Shown piece after piece: positions 53,252-60,118 of a stretch of 61,575 nt of DNA; position 1 is the stretch's first letter, and each line of letters starts with the position of its first letter. The notes under the pieces are model-generated. The model was not told where the DNA came from. It did not search any database and saw only the letters and a program-made list of their open reading frames with translations. Both the position numbers and the translations under genes were made by a program. Source of the DNA: a virus; IMG/VR virus record IMGVR_UViG_3300000358_000010, one strand, 5' to 3'.

Positions 53252-54152
53252 ATACTAACCCCAAAGAGTTCACTTTGGCGGCAAACAAACTTCTCGCTTT
53301 CATCAAAGAACTACCAACGTGTTCAAATTCATTAATGTGAGAAGCAAATTCATTAGCAGAATTGGCATCGGTGATAAATTCAATACTCTCTTTGATTTCT
53401 TCTATCACCTTATCGTATTTCTCTTGTGCTTCTTTCTTGGCGGCAAGCATACCCAAATACGAATTGATTATTCTGGTAGTGATAAAGTCGTTTTTGGCAG
53501 TCGGATTGCCATTCTTGTCAAGGATGGTAGGAACCTCCATCACTGAAGGAAGATTGCAAGTGTTCTTACCGTCATTTCTTGAAGTAGGATCAAAAGTTAT
53601 AGTGCGTCTCTGTATGCCTCTCTCGCTCTTCATTTCGAGATAACCGAGCAAATCCAGTTCAGTAACGATGGAGTTGTAGGACTTCTCACGCAAAGCAGGG
53701 ATAAACACAGTGTCGTCACCCTCTTTTCTCGTGTCACGGTGGGCGACAAAAATAATATGCTTATTCAGACTTGAGAGTGTTCTTGCCATCCATGAAAACT
53801 CAGCATTAATACCACTCCAATCCCTGATAGACGGTTGCCGGCTGCCACATTTATAAGTAATAATGAAATCCATCATCTTCCCAATGGTATCTACTACCAT
53901 TGTCTGATAATCCGATAAATCTTCTTGCAAAACCTGTTGAACATCATTCCATGAAGTGACCTGTACGGTATCTATGTTTTCCAGATGCGCCATATTCATG
54001 CGTTTAACACCATTATCAAAGTCTAATAACAAAGGCTTCGGAGCACTCAATGCTACTGTACTCTTTCCCATACCTGCTTGACCGTAAATCATCATCTTTA
54101 CGGTGGTGGGGATTACTAATTCATTCGATTTCTTAATTAAGGACATAATCAT
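53214..54152 (-). CDS. AAA_24-type phage ATPase (Sak4/RecA-like, 312 aa)
   Basis: VKMMIYGQAGMGKSTVALSAPKPLLLDFDNG. Confidence 0.75.
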   Translation of the reverse strand: MIMSLIKKSNELVIPTTVKMMIYGQAGMGKSTVALSAPKPLLLDFDNGVKRMNMAHLENIDTVQVTSWNDVQQVLQEDLSDYQTMVVDTIGKMMDFIITYKCGSRQPSIRDWSGINAEFSWMARTLSSLNKHIIFVAHRDTRKEGDDTVFIPALREKSYNSIVTELDLLGYLEMKSERGIQRRTITFDPTSRNDGKNTCNLPSVMEVPTILDKNGNPTAKNDFITTRIINSYLGMLAAKKEAQEKYDKVIEEIKESIEFITDANSANEFASHINEFEHVGSSLMKARSLFAAKVNSLGLVFDKETKTYSDAA

Positions 54153-54165
54153 AAAATTTAAAGGG

Positions 54166-54486
54166 TTATTTACTAATTTCTTTCATTTCAGCTTTCGCCA
54201 GTGGAGACAACGTTTTCATATAATTACACTTGAAAGCTGCCGCATCCAGTTCAACTACATTGTATCGAACACCTGAGCGAACCTTTCCATCGGCATCCTT
54301 GTACCTCTTTACAATGCCTTCTTTGACCCATTTTGCAACATTCCCCTTTCCATAAGAAATGTGAGCTTGATTTTGGGTTATAAATTTGGGCTCTTTGAAC
54401 GAATCAATGCGTTCTTCCTTTCTACCTAATCCCTTAGCGTAGTCCACCAGTTTAAATAAAACTTCCTCCGGCATCTGTATTATCAT
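54166..54486 (-). CDS. Hypothetical (106 aa)
   Basis: ORF track. Confidence 0.55.
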   Translation of the reverse strand: MIIQMPEEVLFKLVDYAKGLGRKEERIDSFKEPKFITQNQAHISYGKGNVAKWVKEGIVKRYKDADGKVRSGVRYNVVELDAAAFKCNYMKTLSPLAKAEMKEISK

Positions 54487-54844
54487 AAGACCTCCTTATT
54501 CTTTCTGTTCGTTCCACTCTCGTTCTTCTTCCTTTTCTCATATCGCCTTGTTCGTGATAAAGCGAAAAAGAAAACACACATAATAGACAGCAGGCAACCA
54601 CCGTACGGCTAATGGGTGAAAAGTTCATCGTTAAACTTATACCCGATATTCTCTCAAACACAAGCGTTGCAAGCTCTCTCCCGTTCCTTAATTGAAGAAC
54701 CTCAAATGCTTTTTGTAGTTGGTTGTTTATCGTGCTAACCGCCCGGCATTTGAGATCAGCAATTTCTTTCTTTTCATACCCTTGTGCATACATCCGTGCT
54801 GTAATCTCGCATTCGGGTGTTAGTTCAGTTAATACTCTTTCCAT
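54452..54844 (-). CDS. LuxR/GerE-type HTH regulator with a C-terminal TM segment (130 aa)
   Basis: LTPECEITARMYAQGYEKKEIADLKCRAVSTINNQLQKAF, then VVACCLLCVFSFSLY. ACACGATTATG start context. Confidence 0.7.
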   Translation of the reverse strand: MERVLTELTPECEITARMYAQGYEKKEIADLKCRAVSTINNQLQKAFEVLQLRNGRELATLVFERISGISLTMNFSPISRTVVACCLLCVFSFSLYHEQGDMRKGRRTRVERTERIRRSYDNTDAGGSFI

Positions 54845-54863
54845 AATCGTGTAAATTAGACCA

Positions 54864-55085
54864 CTACTTAGTCATGTTATTGACGATATACATAGAATTG
54901 GTGTACTTATTCTTCGAAATGGTATATACATTCTTACCACCCGGAGCTACAACACCTTTTTCTCTCAATTCCTTGTTTATCTCATGGGCCTCTTGCCTGT
55001 AGCCAGTTACCTCAACTTCTGATAGCGGGATAATCTTCTGTTTTCCCGGCTTTACTTTTAAAATCGTTTCTCTGATTGTTGCCAT
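54864..55085 (-). CDS. Hypothetical (73 aa)
   Basis: ORF track. Confidence 0.55.
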   Translation of the reverse strand: MATIRETILKVKPGKQKIIPLSEVEVTGYRQEAHEINKELREKGVVAPGGKNVYTISKNKYTNSMYIVNNMTK

Positions 55086-55112
55086 AAAACTTATTGTTTA
55101 ATTAATGATTTG

Positions 55113-55194
55113 TGGATGGTAGAGGAGTCGAACCTCTCTCAATCATGCCAATTGGTTGCGCAACACGAAGCTCTAACCGATAAGCTAACCATCC
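55113..55194 (-). tRNA. tRNA-like gene with canonical acceptor, D and T arms but a 16-nt anticodon loop (non-canonical or pseudo-tRNA)
   Basis: Minus strand: GGATGGT-TA-GCTT/ATCGGTTA/GAGC-T-TCGTG[TTGCGCAACCAATTGG]CATGA-TTGAG-AGAGG/TTCGACT/CCTCT-ACCATCC-A. No 5-bp stem with a 7-nt loop can be drawn. Confidence 0.5.
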
Positions 55195-55272
55195 GGAATA
55201 AGAAAGGTGTACTATTCTCACGAACGGCACACCCAGTACAAACACAAAATAAAACACGACAAACAAAACATC

Positions 55273-55372
55273 TAAACGTCTGCCTGTACGGTATTTCCTT
55301 GCTATCGGCCGGATAGTAGGTCGCTAAGCATACAGAGTTCAAGCTCAAAGACTACCAGCCCTCAGACGTTTA
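55273..55372 (-). other. Long hairpin: 10-bp stem TAAACGTCTG/CAGACGTTTA enclosing 80 nt with an inner CTATC/GATAG hairpin, then a T-rich tract
   Basis: Exact inverted repeat at 55273..55282 and 55363..55372. Starts at the stop codon of the 59-aa ORF. Confidence 0.6.
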
Positions 55373-55549
55373 ATTTGTTCTTAATTCCCTGAATGCAAGT
55401 ATCACAAACGAAACGCATCCAATAAAAATGATACTCATTATTGTAATAGAGAATGTTTTCATAGGACTGTAAGTAGTAATAGCCCCATATAGCATACCAA
55501 TAGCACATATTGTCACCAGTATAGCTAAGATAAATTGAATTAGTTTCAT
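55370..55549 (-). CDS. Small two-TM membrane protein (59 aa), not in the track
   Basis: MKLIQFILAILVTICAIGMLYGAITTYSPMKTFSITIMSIIFIGCVSFVILAFRELRTN*. More plausible than the overlapping 84-aa Tyr/Trp/Asn-rich track ORF in another frame. Confidence 0.55.
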   Translation of the reverse strand: MKLIQFILAILVTICAIGMLYGAITTYSPMKTFSITIMSIIFIGCVSFVILAFRELRTN

Positions 55550-55920
55550 AATTATGTATATTAGTTAGTGCCTGTACCCCCATTGAAGAAAAGCTGTTAT
55601 GCTTGGTAGAACTCATATTTCAAGTTCAGTACAGGCTATATGTTCGAAAACAGTACGGACGCCCAACCCGTTTTCTTACTGCTCTGGGACGATTCTTTGC
55701 GGTGTTTTCTATTAATTGTTATACATTGTACAGCTCGCAAGCTCCAACTTGCTTATGTACGTTCGTTATCTTTGGTCAACCTTGTACAGCTTATAGTATT
55801 ACACCGTAAAGGTTTTCACAATCTTGTCAAAGAGCTTAATCAATAGCGCCCTACCCGATTCTCGCTATCGGTTGCCGTTCAATCCGTCAGTAGGGCTGTC
55901 GTGCGTTGCATAACCGTGTA

Positions 55921-56166
55921 TTATGCGTATCGGCTCAAACCTTGAACCTCACAAAGAGCATCGTAATCCATACCGCTATCTTCACCTGAGTCAGAACCTA
56001 AAAGAATAGTTTCATAAGTCTCAATCTCTTCTTTTATCACCTCAATAATATCAGCCTTACAATCTACGTTGTAAACTCTACAAGCAGTTTCTTCGTCCAT
56101 GCCCTCAACTGCTACCAAGTCCCTGCGAAGAGCATTTAAACCTTGTTCTAATTCATAAGTAGTCAT
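55921..56166 (-). CDS. Hypothetical acidic protein (81 aa)
   Basis: ORF track. ACGATTATG start context. Confidence 0.55.
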   Translation of the reverse strand: MTTYELEQGLNALRRDLVAVEGMDEETACRVYNVDCKADIIEVIKEEIETYETILLGSDSGEDSGMDYDALCEVQGLSRYA

Positions 56167-56177
56167 AATCGTAAGTA

Positions 56178-56504
56178 TTAAGCAATTGATAATAAATTAG
56201 CTTTTTTATAGCACCTGAACTCGCCACGCTCTGTATCATAGTAAGTCTGGACGGTATCATTCTTCGCTCTCTTGTCATTGCCTGTTATGGCGGGCATCAA
56301 CTTTTCATTGAGTGTACCATACGCCTCTCTTACAGAACCGTCTACTTTTTTGAAATAAAACTTGACGATCTTCTTTTTCATCTCAGCTTTCAATTTCATG
56401 TTTACCCAAGCAGACCTTAGAGCTTCAGACATTGAAAAGCCATTCTTTCTTACGAACTGCCAAGCCAATGACATTACTTCGTGTAAAAATTCTCTTGTTT
56501 TCAT
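56178..56504 (-). CDS. First rightmost early gene (108 aa), DUF2693/SH3-like (tentative)
   Basis: The KFYFKKVDGSVREAYGTL...YYDTERGEFRCYK pattern. Divergent from the repressor. ACGATTATG start context. Confidence 0.55.
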   Translation of the reverse strand: MKTREFLHEVMSLAWQFVRKNGFSMSEALRSAWVNMKLKAEMKKKIVKFYFKKVDGSVREAYGTLNEKLMPAITGNDKRAKNDTVQTYYDTERGEFRCYKKANLLSIA

Positions 56505-56597
56505 AATCGTGCGTTTTTAATATGTTTATACTATTGCTTATAAGAAGCAAAATTCGTTTCTTTGCAAAAGTGATTAGGTTATCACTGTTTGATGATG

Positions 56598-56605
56598 CAA
56601 ATATA
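56598..56605 (-). promoter_or_regulatory. -7 box (reverse complement TATATTTG) of the leftward early promoter
   Basis: Lies in the divergent region between the repressor and the early genes. Confidence 0.55.
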
Positions 56606-56620
56606 CTATCTTATTGCAAT

Positions 56621-56694
56621 ATATCGCTAAATATCGCAATAAAATATTGCTATATTGACAATATTTAACATTATGAATAAGATTAATATCGCAA
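56621..56694. promoter_or_regulatory. Operator candidates: three ATATCGC copies, including a 2x AATATCGCAA direct repeat
   Basis: ATATCGC at 56621, 56631 and 56686. AATATCGCAA at 56630..56639 and 56685..56694. The third site lies inside the repressor's 5' end. Confidence 0.5.
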
Positions 56695-57371
56695 GTTTAA
56701 GGAAGTCTCTGAGACTAAGGCAAAAGGATTTTGGTGAAAAAATTGGTATCAAACAAGCCTATTTGTCAGAAATAGAAAGTGGCAAAAAGCCTCTTACAGA
56801 GGAATTATATAATAATATTATAGAAGTATTTGGCATGGATAAAGTTTCTGAACACTTTATCAGCACGAATGATAGCGATATTATCGCAAATAAAAATACA
56901 AACGAAGCAGTACCTTTAAATCAGAACTTTATAATAAATGTACCTCTCGTGAACCAATACGCACAAGCCGGATATATATGCGGCTTCCAAGATGCTGCAT
57001 ACATAGCTACACTACCTACTATACCATTCATTATTGACCATGAAGCAAAAGGAAACTATGTAGCCTTTGAGGTCAGAGGAGACAGTATGAATGATGGAAC
57101 AGAAGAAAGCTATCTTGAAGGAGATAGGCTTCTTTGTAGAGAAATAGCTCCCTATCTATGGGCAGAGTCTAAATTGCATATTCGGAAATGGGATTTCGTT
57201 ATTGTACATGAAGGCGGAATTTTGGTAAAACGAATAATAGATCATAATGTAGAAAATCATACTATCACAATACACTCTTTGAATGACATGTATCCTGACA
57301 GAGTTATTGATTTGGCAGAAGTTAAACAAATCTTCAATGTGATAGAATTGCAAAGGCCAAGAAGGAGGTAG
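56673..57371 (+). CDS. cI/LexA-like repressor (XRE HTH plus S24 peptidase, 232 aa)
   Basis: Trimmed to the ATG at 56673. HTH is LRQKDFGEKIGIKQAYLSEIESGKK. S24 motifs are RGDSMNDG and ILVKRII. Confidence 0.85.
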   Translation: MNKINIASLRKSLRLRQKDFGEKIGIKQAYLSEIESGKKPLTEELYNNIIEVFGMDKVSEHFISTNDSDIIANKNTNEAVPLNQNFIINVPLVNQYAQAGYICGFQDAAYIATLPTIPFIIDHEAKGNYVAFEVRGDSMNDGTEESYLEGDRLLCREIAPYLWAESKLHIRKWDFVIVHEGGILVKRIIDHNVENHTITIHSLNDMYPDRVIDLAEVKQIFNVIELQRPRRR

Positions 57372-57455
57372 TTTAAAAGTTTAATATACAAACTATTAAA
57401 ACTGATGCTATGAAATTCAATCAATACACATGGAACTTATAAACAATAGAATATT

Positions 57456-58496
57456 ATGGAAGATATAACTTCAGAACTCAATGAGCAAAAAAGAAAAGTA
57501 GATTTTAATTCTTACGATATGAGTGTAAAGGAATTAATATCTATGGTAAATGATGGACTTATTGACATAGCCCCTGAATACCAAAGACAATTCAGATGGG
57601 ACACATTTAGGCAATCAACTCTTATTGAGTCTATTTTCTTGGGTATTCCAGTGCCTTCTTTGTTCATGGCAACCAATCCAGACGGCACATGGGAAGTGAT
57701 AGATGGGGTACAAAGACTTAGTTCCATCATTAATTTCGCTGCAGAAAAAGACTCTTCAGCAAGAAAGAAAATTAAAAAAGAAACTCCATTACAACTTTGC
57801 GAACTGAAGAAAATGAAGTCTTTTAATGGAAAGGATTTCAAAAGCTTACCGCGTTCATTACAAATTGACTTTTTGCTAAAACCGTTAAAAATAACAACAT
57901 TAAGTGACAAAAGTGACAAATCCATAAGATTTGACCTATTTGAAAGATTAAACACCGGAGGCATAAAATTATCAGACCAAGAGATTAGAAGCTGTATTTT
58001 CAGAGGTCAATTTAATGATTTTTTAAAAAGACTATCCTTAAATAACAATTTCAGAAAGGTTGTAAAACTTTCTAAAGGTGCAGAAAATGATGGGACAAGA
58101 GAAGAACTGATTCTTCGTTTCTTTTCATGTTTGAATAATAAAAGTTCCTTTGATCATAGTGTTGTTGACTTTCTGAACGATTACATGAATGATTCTTGCA
58201 GGAATTTTAATTATGAAATAAATGAGCGTATATTTAATAATGTGTTTACTCAATTATCCGGTTTAAGCCATGGCATAGTAAAAAGCAGAACAAGCACCAT
58301 AACTTCAGTTGTTCTTTTTGAAGCTGTTTCTGTTGGAGCCGCAGAGGCTTTGAAAGAAAAAGACTCCATTAACATTTCAGCCTTTTACGATTGGGTAACA
58401 GATAAAGACTTTAATAAATTAATCACTGGAGCTACAAACTCAAAACCTAAACTCCTTGCAAGAATAAAATTTTGTAGAAGCAAATTTTTAGAATAA
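57456..58496 (+). CDS. DUF262 (ParB/GmrSD N-terminal-like) protein (346 aa)
   Basis: DIAPEYQRQFRWDTFRQSTLIESIFLGIPVPSLF...VIDGVQRLSSI fits the DUF262 pattern. No DUF1524/HNH tail is present. Confidence 0.8.
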   Translation: MEDITSELNEQKRKVDFNSYDMSVKELISMVNDGLIDIAPEYQRQFRWDTFRQSTLIESIFLGIPVPSLFMATNPDGTWEVIDGVQRLSSIINFAAEKDSSARKKIKKETPLQLCELKKMKSFNGKDFKSLPRSLQIDFLLKPLKITTLSDKSDKSIRFDLFERLNTGGIKLSDQEIRSCIFRGQFNDFLKRLSLNNNFRKVVKLSKGAENDGTREELILRFFSCLNNKSSFDHSVVDFLNDYMNDSCRNFNYEINERIFNNVFTQLSGLSHGIVKSRTSTITSVVLFEAVSVGAAEALKEKDSINISAFYDWVTDKDFNKLITGATNSKPKLLARIKFCRSKFLE

Positions 58497-59143
58497 TGTT
58501 CGAAGATGTAAATGCTGAAGTCAATAGACGGTTAAAGGAGGTGAAATCATTTTATTCCCTAATAAAAGCCAACCCTGAAACTGAAGTTTTCGACATGAAG
58601 GTGTTCAAAGGTACATGTTTTGTAATACTGTATGGCGTTTTAGAATACACAATAACTGCTTCAGTTCAAAAATGCTTATCTATTATTAATCAAAAAAAGT
58701 ATGATATAATACATCTTAAACCGACATTGTATTCAATGGTTTTCAATGATGAATGTAATGCTATGATGGAAGCAAGAGACAAAAAATGGATGAAAAGACA
58801 TGATTTATTTTCCCAAATAAATTGCAGTCAAGTTTGTCATATAGAAGATAACTTATTTCCTGCAGGTTCAGGGAATATAAAATACCAACAAATAGAATCT
58901 ATATGGAAAATTTTTGGTATATCCGCTCCTGCAGTAAATGAAGACAAAATGAAAGGGCGTTTATCGACATTGGCAGATAATAGAAACGCAATAGCCCATG
59001 GACGGGAATTGGCTTCAGTTATAGGAGGAAGATATACTATAAGCGAAATAGAAAATATATATAATGACATTAGTACATACTGCAGCTATATAACTTCAGC
59101 ATTTGAAGAATACATTAATAATGAGGATTGTTTAATCCACTAA
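58496..59143 (+). CDS. HEPN-domain protein (MAE_28990/MAE_18760-like, 215 aa)
   Basis: Rx4H motif LADNRNAIAHGRE near the C-terminal third. All-helical. The start overlaps the DUF262 stop (TAATG). Confidence 0.7.
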   Translation: MFEDVNAEVNRRLKEVKSFYSLIKANPETEVFDMKVFKGTCFVILYGVLEYTITASVQKCLSIINQKKYDIIHLKPTLYSMVFNDECNAMMEARDKKWMKRHDLFSQINCSQVCHIEDNLFPAGSGNIKYQQIESIWKIFGISAPAVNEDKMKGRLSTLADNRNAIAHGRELASVIGGRYTISEIENIYNDISTYCSYITSAFEEYINNEDCLIH

Positions 59144-59220
59144 AATTATTAGAACAAGTCTTTTCAACTGGAGTGAATTAGAGAACCCCAATTTATTTAA
59201 AAAATTAAACAACTAAAATT

Positions 59221-59640
59221 ATGATTGACTTTTTAACTATCATACTTCTTATATTCGGAGTACTACAAATTATCCTCTTTTTTAAAGTGTGGGGAATGAC
59301 GAATGACGTAAACAACATTAAGCAAAAGCTGGAAACCAAGCCGGAAGATTTGCTAATTACCGAAGCTCAAACAAAAGCCCTGAACGGAAATAAAATGGAA
59401 GCTTTTGAGTTATACCAAAAGGCGTTCTACAAAAGTGTGATAGAACTCTTCAATAAGACTATCAAAGAATATGGGGACGAAGATAATTTAGATTATAAAG
59501 AAAGAAATGAATATTACCGCTCAGAGTACAATAAAGTAGTTAAATACTTTTCAAAAAGGACAAAAAAATTAGACATGGAATTACATTCTGAGAAATTAGA
59601 TTCATACGATAAGGTATATTCTATTATATGTAAATCATAA
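59221..59640 (+). CDS. Membrane-anchored helical protein (139 aa); N-terminus paralogous to 23101..23436
   Basis: N-terminus MIDFLTIILLIFGVLQIILFFKVWGMTNDV. Confidence 0.65.
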   Translation: MIDFLTIILLIFGVLQIILFFKVWGMTNDVNNIKQKLETKPEDLLITEAQTKALNGNKMEAFELYQKAFYKSVIELFNKTIKEYGDEDNLDYKERNEYYRSEYNKVVKYFSKRTKKLDMELHSEKLDSYDKVYSIICKS

Positions 59641-59753
59641 TATTAACACTTCGCCCTCACCATAAAAAAAATTATAAGTAAGTATAGTTATAACTTTATT
59701 TGAAAGCCCTATTATATTCAACCGATAAAAACAATCTAAACTTTTAATATACA

Positions 59754-60092
59754 ATGAAAAAGTATTTATTCGCATTAACATTATTACTGCCCCTCCTCCT
59801 TGGTGGGTGTTCCAGTGACGATCAATCAGATGACAACAACTCTCCGTTAATCGGATCTTGGATATCCATAGATGATGATGTCGAGATTTTCTATCTTGAC
59901 CTCAAAAAAGACGGGACAGGGAAATGGACCGGAACCTACGCCGGAGAAGTGGAAAATGTACTAAGGCTCACTTGGAGTGCAACCGAAACCACTTACCATG
60001 TCAAATATGAAAACGGCAATTCTGAAACAAAACAGTATAGAATAGAAGGAAACCGCCTCTATTTAGGAGATGTGATATATACCAGGAAGTAA
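59754..60092 (+). CDS. Lipoprotein (112 aa), probably surface-exposed
   Basis: LLLPLLLGGC-SSDDQSDDNN: a lipobox followed by an acidic, export-signal-like stretch. Confidence 0.75.
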   Translation: MKKYLFALTLLLPLLLGGCSSDDQSDDNNSPLIGSWISIDDDVEIFYLDLKKDGTGKWTGTYAGEVENVLRLTWSATETTYHVKYENGNSETKQYRIEGNRLYLGDVIYTRK

Positions 60093-60096
60093 AGCC

Positions 60097-60118
60097 AGCC
60101 GGGGATCACTCCCCGGCT
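60097..60118 (+). terminator. Intrinsic terminator embedded in the integrase 3' coding end
   Basis: Stem AGCCGGGGA/TCCCCGGCT with a 4-nt loop, followed by TTTTT. Confidence 0.75.

Noticed and set aside
55113-55194. Calling this a canonical tRNA with a defined anticodon, or a tmRNA
   Set aside because: No 5-bp stem with a 7-nt loop fits in any register, so no anticodon can be assigned. The element is only 82 nt, with both acceptor strands adjacent, so it is not a tmRNA.
55110-55348. ORFs 55110..55316 (+) and 55139..55348 (-)
   Set aside because: They overlap the tRNA-like element and the long hairpin. Low-complexity Cys/Thr/Gln-rich translations with no start context.
55362-55616. 84-aa minus-strand ORF rich in Tyr, Trp and Asn
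   Set aside because: An alternative frame over the same DNA encodes a clean two-TM 59-aa protein (55370..55549), which is far more protein-like. The 84-aa frame is probably spurious, but I cannot exclude it without conservation data.
55603-55846. Plus-strand ORFs 55603..55809 and 55640..55846
   Set aside because: They lie in the hairpin-rich non-coding segment, have implausible composition and have no promoter or start context.
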